Positions 9,977-19,500 of a stretch of DNA of 64,000 nt are shown piece after piece (within the stretch, counting starts at the first letter, position 1; the number at the start of each line of letters is the position of its first letter). The stretch comes from an uncultured virus (IMG/VR IMGVR_UViG_3300042377_000720) (taxonomy: Duplodnaviria; Heunggongvirae; Uroviricota; Caudoviricetes). The notes beneath the pieces were generated by a model. That model had not been told where the DNA came from and ran no database searches. It saw nothing but the letters and a program-made list of their open reading frames with translations. A program made the translations under genes and the position numbers. The stretch is from the IMG/VR virus record IMGVR_UViG_3300042377_000720. One strand, 5' to 3'.

Positions 9977-12814
9977 ATGGCAAATTCAAATAGAGTATTT
10001 GTATCTCCAGGTGTTTATACATCAGAAAAAGATTTAACATTCGTCGCACAAAGTGTAGGTGTTACTACATTAGGTTTGGTAGGTGAAACCTTAAAGGGTC
10101 CAGCCTTCGAACCAATCTTAGTTAAAGATTATGATGAGTTTAAATTGTACTTTGGAGGTTCATCACCAGCAAAAGACGGGGCGGGTAACCCAAAATATGA
10201 GTTACCTTATGTTGCTAAAGCATACCTTGAAGAATCGAATCAATTATTCGTAACAAGAATCCTAGGGTTAACAGGATATAAACCAGTGAAAACTTTCGCA
10301 ATTCAAACCCTTGGTGGTTTTGTTTTGGGGAGTATGACAACAGGTACCACAACAGGTATCACAATGGACCCAACACCATTAGCAACTTACACAGGAAGTA
10401 CAGTATACGCTGAACTTTCGGGTAAAACTGCATATGATGGTACATCTATTACAGATTACATCTACACAGAATTTAGTGGTTTCACAGGTGGTACAGGTAC
10501 ATGGTTCGTTATTGGTGCGGCGGATGCAACAGATGTTGCAGCTCAAGACCCAACTAAAGAAATGATTTCACCACTTACAGGTGACCTAAATGTAAATTCA
10601 TCTTGGAATAAAAATTGGTACAACACATTCAATAACGGTACAAATGAGGTTTATTCTTATTTATTCGTATGGAATGGTTCAACTAACCTATTCTCAGTAA
10701 CAAGATATGAGTACGATGCAACATTAACCAATGACGGTGAAGTTGTTGCGGCGTTCCGTTCAAGAGGTTCTTATTCAGGACAAACATTGTTACTTGAAGT
10801 TACAGGTAACACAAGTTTCAACATTTCAGGTTCTGATTTGTCAACAAATCCTTTCGCCGAGTTTACAGTTAATGTAACGGGTTCTACAAGTGGTGTAAAA
10901 TCATTCACTTGTTCAATGGATTTATCATCATCTAAGTATGTAACTAAAGTGTTAGGTACTGATGTATATGACAAACCTAAATCGGACATTCCGGTGTATG
11001 TTTACGAAACATATCCAAATTATTTAAAGACCGCATACGAACAAGGTTTAGTAAGAGGTATTAGTTTAACTGAACTTTATGTTTCTGAAGGTACAAACTT
11101 CGTTAGAGAGTGGGATACCCCAATTTCTCCAATGGTAGTATCTGAAGTACGTGGTGGTGAGGTTTCTGACCTATTTGAGACTATTACAATTTCAGATGGT
11201 GACGCAGCGAACGCACAAATCAAAATGTCTATCATCAATATCGATATCGAAACAGGTGAATTTGATTTAATTGTTCGTGACTTTAACGATACTGACGATA
11301 ATTTAGTTGCACTTGAGAAATTTACAAGATGTTCAATGAATCCAGACCTACCAGGTTATGTGGCTAAGAAAGTTGGTACTTCTGACGGTGAATACGAATT
11401 ACGTTCAAAATACATCATGTTGAATATGGCTGAAAACCACCCAACTGATGCGTTTCCAGCAGGATTTAAAGGATTTGTAGCAAACACAAACTTCTCAGGT
11501 TCTGTTTTGGGTTCAGTATTATATAAAACGGAATACTACACCGCAGGTGATGTTATCAGTTACAATGTTGATGGTTCTCCAGTTACATCTGCCGGTGATA
11601 AAATTAGAAAAGTAACTTTAGGTCTATCTTCACAAGTTGGACTTGACAAAGACTTATTCAAATATAAAGGAGCGGCGGCTGCGGGTTCAACAAGTGGTTT
11701 CCACTTATCAGTAAACGCATCTACTATTACAGGTACAACATTTACAACAACTCCTTACGATTTAGAAGGACAAACAGGTGTTGATAATCCATTAACAGCA
11801 ACAACTTACCGTAAATTCACATTTGCAGTTGGTGGTGGTTTCGATGGTTTTGACATTTATCGTCAAACTAAAACTTACGGAGACGGATATATCTTTGGTA
11901 AATCAACATATGTAAGTGGTCACACAACTAACGGTGGTGTATTCAGTACAACTGTTGGAAACTCTGATTATTATGCATACCTACAAGGTATTAACACATT
12001 CGCAAACCCTGAAGCGGTAGATATCAACATCTTCGCAACTCCGGGTATTAACTTCTACGACCATAGTTCATTAACTACACAGGCAATCGATATTATGGAA
12101 AACGATAGAGCGGATTCACTTTATGTTATTGCATCTCCAAACGTATCAACTGCGGACGAAGTAATTGACGCATTGGACGGTGTGGCATTGGATACTAACT
12201 ATTCAGCAACCTACTGGCCTTGGATTCAAGTTAGAGACCAAGACAACGCAACTCAATTATACATTCCACCTACAGGTGAGGTTGTAAGAAACATTGCGTT
12301 AACAGATAACGTATCATTCCCTTGGTTCGCAGTAGCGGGTTATTCAAGAGGTTTGGTTAAGGCAATCAAAGCGGTTAAAAAATTAACTCTTGACGAAAGA
12401 GATGATTTATATAAGGCAAGAATCAACCCAATCGCTACTTTCTCTGATACAGGTACCATTATTTGGGGTAACAAAACCCTTCAAGTAAGAGAATCTGCAT
12501 TGGATAGAATTAACGTAAGAAGATTATTGTTAAGAGCAAGAAAACTTATTTCAGCAGTTGCTGTAAGATTGTTGTTCGAACAAAATGACGAACAAGTTCG
12601 TAATGAATTCTTGAGATTAGTAAACCCAATTCTTGAAGCAATTAAGAGAGAAAGAGGTTTATATGAGTTCCGTGTAACTGTATCTAATGACCCTGAGGAC
12701 ATTGATGCAAACACACTTAGAGGTAAAATCTATGTAAAACCAACTCGTTCACTTGAATTTATCGATGTTGAGTTCATAATTACCCCAACAGGAGCATCAT
12801 TTGATAATATCTAA
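9977..12814 (+). CDS. contractile tail sheath protein
   Basis: VSPGVYTSEKD N-terminus; YWPW, PWFAVAG..RG, INPI, WGNKTL, RINVRRL, IYVKPTRSLEFI C-terminal core. Confidence 0.95.
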   Translation: MANSNRVFVSPGVYTSEKDLTFVAQSVGVTTLGLVGETLKGPAFEPILVKDYDEFKLYFGGSSPAKDGAGNPKYELPYVAKAYLEESNQLFVTRILGLTGYKPVKTFAIQTLGGFVLGSMTTGTTTGITMDPTPLATYTGSTVYAELSGKTAYDGTSITDYIYTEFSGFTGGTGTWFVIGAADATDVAAQDPTKEMISPLTGDLNVNSSWNKNWYNTFNNGTNEVYSYLFVWNGSTNLFSVTRYEYDATLTNDGEVVAAFRSRGSYSGQTLLLEVTGNTSFNISGSDLSTNPFAEFTVNVTGSTSGVKSFTCSMDLSSSKYVTKVLGTDVYDKPKSDIPVYVYETYPNYLKTAYEQGLVRGISLTELYVSEGTNFVREWDTPISPMVVSEVRGGEVSDLFETITISDGDAANAQIKMSIINIDIETGEFDLIVRDFNDTDDNLVALEKFTRCSMNPDLPGYVAKKVGTSDGEYELRSKYIMLNMAENHPTDAFPAGFKGFVANTNFSGSVLGSVLYKTEYYTAGDVISYNVDGSPVTSAGDKIRKVTLGLSSQVGLDKDLFKYKGAAAAGSTSGFHLSVNASTITGTTFTTTPYDLEGQTGVDNPLTATTYRKFTFAVGGGFDGFDIYRQTKTYGDGYIFGKSTYVSGHTTNGGVFSTTVGNSDYYAYLQGINTFANPEAVDINIFATPGINFYDHSSLTTQAIDIMENDRADSLYVIASPNVSTADEVIDALDGVALDTNYSATYWPWIQVRDQDNATQLYIPPTGEVVRNIALTDNVSFPWFAVAGYSRGLVKAIKAVKKLTLDERDDLYKARINPIATFSDTGTIIWGNKTLQVRESALDRINVRRLLLRARKLISAVAVRLLFEQNDEQVRNEFLRLVNPILEAIKRERGLYEFRVTVSNDPEDIDANTLRGKIYVKPTRSLEFIDVEFIITPTGASFDNI

Positions 12815-12825
12815 TGAAAATAAAG

Positions 12826-12851
12826 ATGGGAGGGGGTAACCTCTCCCATTT
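12826..12851 (+). terminator. stem-loop after the sheath gene
   Basis: ATGGGAGGGG-GTAA-CCTCTCCCAT, 10-bp stem with GNRA loop and a short T tract. Confidence 0.65.
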
Positions 12852-12854
12852 ATA

Positions 12855-12870
12855 TGTTCCACGAGGAACC
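12855..12870. promoter_or_regulatory. parS-like site TGTTCCACGAGGAACC
   Basis: 14/16 match to the parS palindrome TGTTCCACGTGGAACA; intergenic. Confidence 0.45.
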
Positions 12871-12900
12871 AAAAAGTATAAAAAAAATATTTGTATATTT

Positions 12901-13000
12901 TACCCAGTATTATATCTAGTATACTAGAACTAGTATTATATTTCTAGATTTATTTATTAAATCTTTAAATCCAGTTCCAGTATTTATACTAGTATAGGGA
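12901..13000. repeat. AT-rich cluster of (C/T)AGTAT repeats and CTAG palindromes; possible origin
   Basis: Perfect palindromes TCTAGTATACTAGA (12915-12928) and TATACTAGTATA (12985-12996); repeated CCAGTAT/CTAGTAT. Confidence 0.55.
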
Positions 13001-13068
13001 AAAAATACGAAAAAAAAACCAAATAAAAAAGGCCTACGTTGAAATTTTTTATTTTTTCAAGATAGGCA

Positions 13069-13076
13069 TATTTATA
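13069..13076 (+). promoter_or_regulatory. putative late motif TATTTATA for the tube gene
   Basis: Recurrent motif; preceded by an imperfect inverted repeat GCCTA..TTGAAA...TTTCAA..TAGGC. Confidence 0.6.
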
Positions 13077-13120
13077 AGTAAGAAGAATAACCAAAAAAAA
13101 ACTAAAACAAAAATATAGAC

Positions 13121-13609
13121 ATGGCAGATTTATTAATGAAAATGCCGGTTCCTTACGAACCGAAAAGAGTTAACCGATTCATACTTAGATTCCCTTCTTC
13201 ATTGGGTATCAACGAATGGTATGTGTCATCAGCGGCTAGACCAAGTGCAAAAATCAATTCAGTTGCGATTCCGTTCATCAATACCTCAACTTATGTTGCG
13301 GGACGTTTTGAGTGGAACGAATTAAGAGTAACGTTTAAAGACCCTATTGGTCCTTCTGCGTCACAGGCATTGATGGAATGGTTCCGTCTTCACGCTGAGT
13401 CTGTTACGGGTCGTATGGGTTACGCTGCGGGTTATAAGAAAGACATCGAATTGGAGATGTTAGACCCAACGGGTGTTGTGGTTGAAAAATGGATTCTTCA
13501 AGGTACATTCTTGACTGACTTGAACTTCAATGAACTTGATTACTCAAGAGACGATATCGCAACTATCACTGCGTCTTTACGTATGGATAGATGTATCCAA
13601 GTTTACTAA
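13121..13609 (+). CDS. tail tube protein (gp19-like)
   Basis: EPKRVNRF, YVAGRFEW, YKKDIELEMLDPTG..VEKWILQG..., LDYS; directly after the sheath gene. Confidence 0.9.
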   Translation: MADLLMKMPVPYEPKRVNRFILRFPSSLGINEWYVSSAARPSAKINSVAIPFINTSTYVAGRFEWNELRVTFKDPIGPSASQALMEWFRLHAESVTGRMGYAAGYKKDIELEMLDPTGVVVEKWILQGTFLTDLNFNELDYSRDDIATITASLRMDRCIQVY

Positions 13610-13641
13610 TAGAAATAAAAAATATAGAATCTGTCAATATG

Positions 13642-13674
13642 AAGGTCTCCTCACAAGGGAGACCTTTACTTTTT
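13642..13674 (+). terminator. intrinsic terminator after the tube gene
   Basis: AAGGTCTCC-N7-GGAGACCTT followed by a T-rich tail. Confidence 0.75.
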
Positions 13675-13718
13675 ATAATAAGTTTTGTATAATAGTATAG
13701 TTATAATAAAACACATTT

Positions 13719-14468
13719 ATGGAAGAATTTAGAATCGACCCAACAATATCATATGATGTTGTAGAATTACCTTCAAGAGGTATTCATTACCCAAGTGGTA
13801 AGAAATCATTAAGAATCGCGTATTTAACCGCATCTGATGAAAATATCCTATCATCGGCAAATTTACTGGCAAGTAATAAAATGCTCGAAGAACTACTCAA
13901 AAGAAAAGTTTTAGATAAAGACTTCAATACTGATGAATTATGTGAAGAAGATAAACAGGCGATATTAATTTTCTTACGAAATACCGCGTTCGGTTCAATA
14001 TACAAATACACAACAATCGACCCAAAAACAGAAAAAGAGTTTACTGTTGATATCGATTTAAGTGAATTAAAATATAAAGACTTTACGTTAGTTGCGGATT
14101 CAAATGGTGAATATCCATATCATATGGAAAAAAGTAAGGTTAATATTACTTTTAAATTTTTGACCTCAAAACAAGAAAAAGAATTAAAAGATATTGAAAC
14201 AAGTTGGAATGGTAATGGGGTTGCACCTATCATCACAAAAAAACTTGAGATGATGATTAAATCCGTTGAGGGAAATAAGGATTTAATGAATACTCACAAT
14301 TTTGTTGATAGATTACCAATCAAAGACTCTCAAGATTTTAGAAAGTTTGTAGAAGAAAATAAACCGGGTGTGAATTTAACCCAAACAATTAATACCCCGT
14401 CTGGAGATATTACCCAAATTGAAATTGGGTTCGGGGTTGGGTTTTTTCGCCCTTTCTACGGATTATAA
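13719..14468 (+). CDS. tail/baseplate hub assembly chaperone (gp26-like)
   Basis: VELPSRGIHY, LTASDENIL, DKQAILIFLR; lies between tube and tape measure. Confidence 0.75.
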   Translation: MEEFRIDPTISYDVVELPSRGIHYPSGKKSLRIAYLTASDENILSSANLLASNKMLEELLKRKVLDKDFNTDELCEEDKQAILIFLRNTAFGSIYKYTTIDPKTEKEFTVDIDLSELKYKDFTLVADSNGEYPYHMEKSKVNITFKFLTSKQEKELKDIETSWNGNGVAPIITKKLEMMIKSVEGNKDLMNTHNFVDRLPIKDSQDFRKFVEENKPGVNLTQTINTPSGDITQIEIGFGVGFFRPFYGL

Positions 14469-14598
14469 GAAAGGTCAGTTAGACGAAATTTTATTTTTAG
14501 TCAAAAGAGGGTTCTCTTATGGGGATATTATGGGTATGCCTATCTATGTTCGAAGATACTATATAAAGTATCTTATGGATATAGAAAATACAAATTAA
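14449..14598 (+). CDS. frameshift extension of the tail assembly chaperone
   Basis: +1-frame ORF ALSTDYKKGQLDEILFLVKRGFSYGDIMGMPIYVRRYYIKYLMDIENTN* with no 5' ATG, beginning at the TTTTTTC run (14442-14448). Confidence 0.7.
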   Translation, partial: ALSTDYKKGQLDEILFLVKRGFSYGDIMGMPIYVRRYYIKYLMDIENTN

Positions 14599-14611
14599 TC
14601 TATTTATAGGT

Positions 14612-16528
14612 ATGGCAACAATTGATTGGAAAAAAGTAGGTGAAGACTCAAGAAAGTTAAATCATTCTGATACTCAATCGGAGGCATATGCTAAAAAATT
14701 AAATGGAGGTAATCCATTGTCAAGTAGCGAGCAGTCTCAATTTGCCCAAGGTTTTATTGGTCGGGGTACTGGTTCTAATAGTGGTGGCGATAAATATAGT
14801 TTTGGTAAAGCCGCATCAAAAACAGGTGGCGATTTTGTTGAAAGATTAGCTGGTTCTCAAAGTCTACCCGCTTCAGCGTCATTGGCTGATAATGAAAAAC
14901 TTGAGGTTACTGATATTGTAAAAACAATTAGAGGTGGTCTGGGTGGAGGTATAACCTCATTACTCGGTGACTCAATTTTTAAATCCTTAGAATTTGCCGG
15001 TAAACAAATAACGGACGTTCTTACTAACGAAGTTAAATTAAGAAACGAAGTAAACGCCAAATTAGGAATGGCGGGCCAACTATCGAGAGATTATAGGGAT
15101 AATATTTTTGAAGCCATGCCCGCGGTTGCAGGTATGGGATATAGTTTCGATGAATTAGCGTCAACTACCATGCAAGTGTCACAAGACATGGGTAATATGG
15201 CGATGGTTGGTGCTGATGTTTTTGAAAAGGGGGCGGTTACATCAAGAGCGTTCATTGGTAACTTACAGGACCTTCCACAATATCTAAACAACTTCAATGA
15301 AATTGGTATAGGAGCGGGAGATGCGTTAGAACAAATTAACGAGGCGGGTAAATCATCTATGGTTTTAGGTTTAAACTCTAGAAAGGTTGTATCTGAGGTA
15401 AATACGAATTTATCTAAAATAAACCAATACGGTTTTCAAAATGGGGTTCAAGGTTTAACCAAAATGGTTCAACAATCAGTTCAATTCAAATTTAACATGC
15501 AGAATACCTTTGATTTGGCTGAAAAATTATTTGACCCAGACCAAGCAATTGATTTAACGGCAAATTTACAAGCAATAGGTGGTGCAATTGGTGATTTTAA
15601 CGACCCACTTAAAATGATGTATAACGCAACAAATGATGTTGGAGGAATACAGGATGCAATAATAGGCGCTGCAGGTTCATTAGCAACTTACAACCAAGAA
15701 CAAGGTCGTTTTGAAATAACAGGAGTTAATTTAAGAAAGGCAAAAGCGATGGCTGAGCAATTCGGAATGACAATGGAAGAATTAAGTAAAACTTCTATTA
15801 AGGCATCCGAAAGACAGTCCGCATCAACTGCTCTTATGTCAAAAGGATTTGCGTTAGATGAAAAAGAGAAAGAATTCTTAACCAACATCTCAAGAATGGA
15901 AGGTGGTAAAATGGTTATTGACGTTTCCTCTATATCAAAAGAATTTGGTGGAGCTCAGAGAATTGCTTTAGATACTCTAACCAAAGTTGAAGCGGATGCA
16001 TTATTGGCAAATCAAAAGGCATTTGAAGAAATGTCAACTGAACAAATCGCAAAAGAACAATTTACTCAAACTCAAAATATGGCGTTGAATGTCGCTGAAA
16101 TTTTAGGTATTTTGAGAGTTAGATTTGCTCGTGAAGCGAGAATTGCAGGTGCTGCCATTGATGCGGAAACAAAAGGTGTCTCAGATTACCTTTCAAAAAC
16201 TGCGAAAGAAATGAACGAGAGTTCAAAAACTGGTGCAAAAAACGCAAATATTGACGTGGTGGACAAAACAATTAAAATGGCAACTGACGTTGGAATGTAT
16301 GGTTCTAAATCAACACCACAACAATCAGTACCTGTTAACAATTCAACACCGACAACAAATACACCGGCAACAACAACTGAACCACAATCCAATAAAACAG
16401 AAGTTACACTTAATATTAAGAGTGATACGATTATGGATGAATGGTCAAGATATCTTGTTAGAAGACCCGAAGCAATTGACGAATTTTTAAATGGAACTAG
16501 TCCAAGAGATTATACTAGTCAATCATAA
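14612..16528 (+). CDS. tape measure protein (putative)
   Basis: Helical Ala/Gly/Gln/Met-rich protein directly after the chaperone pair. Confidence 0.65.
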   Translation: MATIDWKKVGEDSRKLNHSDTQSEAYAKKLNGGNPLSSSEQSQFAQGFIGRGTGSNSGGDKYSFGKAASKTGGDFVERLAGSQSLPASASLADNEKLEVTDIVKTIRGGLGGGITSLLGDSIFKSLEFAGKQITDVLTNEVKLRNEVNAKLGMAGQLSRDYRDNIFEAMPAVAGMGYSFDELASTTMQVSQDMGNMAMVGADVFEKGAVTSRAFIGNLQDLPQYLNNFNEIGIGAGDALEQINEAGKSSMVLGLNSRKVVSEVNTNLSKINQYGFQNGVQGLTKMVQQSVQFKFNMQNTFDLAEKLFDPDQAIDLTANLQAIGGAIGDFNDPLKMMYNATNDVGGIQDAIIGAAGSLATYNQEQGRFEITGVNLRKAKAMAEQFGMTMEELSKTSIKASERQSASTALMSKGFALDEKEKEFLTNISRMEGGKMVIDVSSISKEFGGAQRIALDTLTKVEADALLANQKAFEEMSTEQIAKEQFTQTQNMALNVAEILGILRVRFAREARIAGAAIDAETKGVSDYLSKTAKEMNESSKTGAKNANIDVVDKTIKMATDVGMYGSKSTPQQSVPVNNSTPTTNTPATTTEPQSNKTEVTLNIKSDTIMDEWSRYLVRRPEAIDEFLNGTSPRDYTSQS

Positions 16529-16568
16529 ACATAAAATAAGTAAATCTCTATTTATAGTAAAACAATAA

Positions 16569-19500
16569 ATGCCAAGTTATTTAGATTTTAGTAGTACATC
16601 GACATTCAGGGACTTCTTAATATCAAAGACGTTACAACGTCCATTTGGTCCCCAAACATTTACTGCGGCAAACTATAGTGTTCAGACTCTAAGTAATTTA
16701 GCCAATGTTGACCCAGGTGCGGTCGACACAAACCGTGCAAATGATTTATTACAGATTAAAAATACAAACATTTTTAAACCTGTAAGTTACTTTGTAACTG
16801 AAAATATTAATACAATACCAAGAAGTGCCAATTTAAATTTATACCCCTATTTTACAAGAGGAGATATAAGTAGTTTATTTGGTATTATGTCTAACAGTAA
16901 CTACGATAATGAATCGCAGTTAATGAAATTCGCGGCATTAAACATACGTGAAAATAGAGACGGTCCCGTTTTTGCGAGGATTACACAAAATTTAACTGCG
17001 GCCACATTAGGTAGAGTTAGAATTGCGGATGCAATAAATGGAAACACAGCAACGGCAATCAATATCGTTACAGGTAGAGAACCGTTAATTGAAAAGAATT
17101 ATAAAATTACGGTCGCCAAGACATTATTAGGTAAGGGGATAGATTTTCTACAAACCGTTGCGGGTGTCGAATTCCCGTTTAGTGAAATACCGGGTGATTA
17201 TTTATCTAACCCACAAAACCCAATTGAAAATAGACCAACACCAAGAACTGAAGGTGGGGCAATTCTACAAGATATTACAGGTGCGTTAGGTTCATTAATT
17301 GGAATTCAAAGAAGACCAAAGGTTTCAAGAAAACCTTCTGATTTGATGATTGAATATATGGGTGATGGTCAAAAACAAACTTTGTTTGACAACTTATCAT
17401 ATTCGAAATACGCACCAAACTACACGACTACTGCAAGGTCACAACAGTCTTCAAAACTTTTTAACAACATTAGTCAATTTGCTCAAGGAGTTAAATCTCT
17501 TTTAGGGTTAGAGGCACCAAAAGGTGTTGCATATATTGGTGATGATAGAAGTGAAGATGTTAAGATGACAATGTCTGACGCAAATAACAATATGGTAAAA
17601 GGTAGTTACTATATGGGTATGATGTTTGACCCTGTTCAGACATCTTTATTTGAAAGACAAAGAAATATAAGTGAAGGAGGTACACTAAGTACTAAACTAA
17701 CATGGATTAGTCGTAATTCAAAAGAATATAATTTATCACCAAATGAAACAAAAATTCCACGTACCGGTTTCTTTGGTGAAAGGTCGGAAACAACATATTC
17801 AAGAGAACAAACATCACATGTTGATTCTCTATCAACAAAATATGGTTTTAGAGAAGATTCGATTTTAGGTAAAACACAGGAACTCCTTGATTCTATGCCG
17901 AATGACGGCATGGCGTCTCGTACTCACGTTGGTAATGTTATTGACCAAACAAGTAGAGTGTTCAGAGAAGGTGAAACAATGTTATCAAGAGGTTCCGCAA
18001 TTCAATATGTTGACAAATACACAAAAGAAAACACCGGTATAGAATATTGTAGAGTGTGGACAAAAGATAGGTCTTACTTTAACTATTCAGATACCATGAA
18101 GAGAACGGGTAATATCCGTAAATTCGATGATAGTGTGATGTCAACCCCATGGAACTTGAACATTGCACCTATGTCAGATGGTGATAGAAATTTTGAAGGG
18201 GTTTCAACAAACATTAAAAAAGGACCTCCCGGAGATGGATTTTATGCAAAAAAATATATGTTCTCAATTGAGAACTTGGCATGGAAAACATCAAACACCC
18301 CTGGATTCACATATAATGATTTACCTTACTGTGAAAGAGGTAACAACGGAGGTAGAGTTATGTGGTTTCCACCATATGACTTAAAAATCAGTGAGCAGAA
18401 CTCAGCAAGATGGAGTGATAACACATTCTTAGGTCGACCTGAACCAATATATACGTACCAAGATACATCAAGAACGGGAACATTATCATTCAAAGTGGTT
18501 GTCGACCACCCTAGTATCTTAAACCTATTAGTTAGAGAACACTTTAAAAATATGAGTGACGAAGAGTCCGAAAATTACATCAACGCATTTTTTGCGGGAT
18601 GTGAGGAATTGGATTTCTATTCACTTATTAGAAGATACACTTATTTGGATTCTGATGACATCACTTTAATAAAGATGTTCTTAGAAAAAGGTAAAGACCC
18701 TGAAGTAATTAAGAAATACAAAACCATTATAGAACCCGTTGTTAATACGGACCAAAGTGGTGGTTCGGCAAACGCTAACAATGGTAAAAATGAAGGTTTT
18801 AAATGTGTTCTTAAATATGATAACGACATTCCGGGTCCACGTTTTCAATCCGTAGAAGTTGACACACCATACGGTCAATTGTTTGAACCGTTCTACATAC
18901 AAAAAACAGGACATACCGCGGCACTTGATACCGCATTAAGAAGTATTACTGGTATAACACAAACCGCACAAGTTTTAAAAGAGAGAGAATATGTTTTTGG
19001 TAAAACGGGAACTACAATTGATAATGCAGCCGTTCTTTATCAAACAAATTTACTTGATGGTTATTTTGAAACGGCAAAAAAAGAATATGAGAAGTTTACT
19101 GGTGGAACTGCAACACTTAAAGAAATGATTAGTGGGGGTACTGTACAAAGAATTTACTTAACAGTTGAATCGTCTTGTTCATCAGTTGCATCTGAACTAT
19201 ATAATGAAAACTTGGCACTTAGAAGAAGTTCAAGTATTATAAAAGAATTCTTTAAAAATATTTCAAAAGATGGAACTGTTCCTAAAGAATTTAAATGGGT
19301 TAAAAGTATTGGTATTGCTGAGAATAAAAACTTATCTGAAAATGATAAAGTTATCATTTCGAAAGGTAAACCAATAGTTATTAAAAAAGAATATAAATTA
19401 AGTGATTTTGGATGGACGGATAATACGGGTTCAGTTGTTATTGACTCGGCAAACTACGGTGAAAATTTTACAGGACCGTCACCCGATAGTCAATGTAGAG

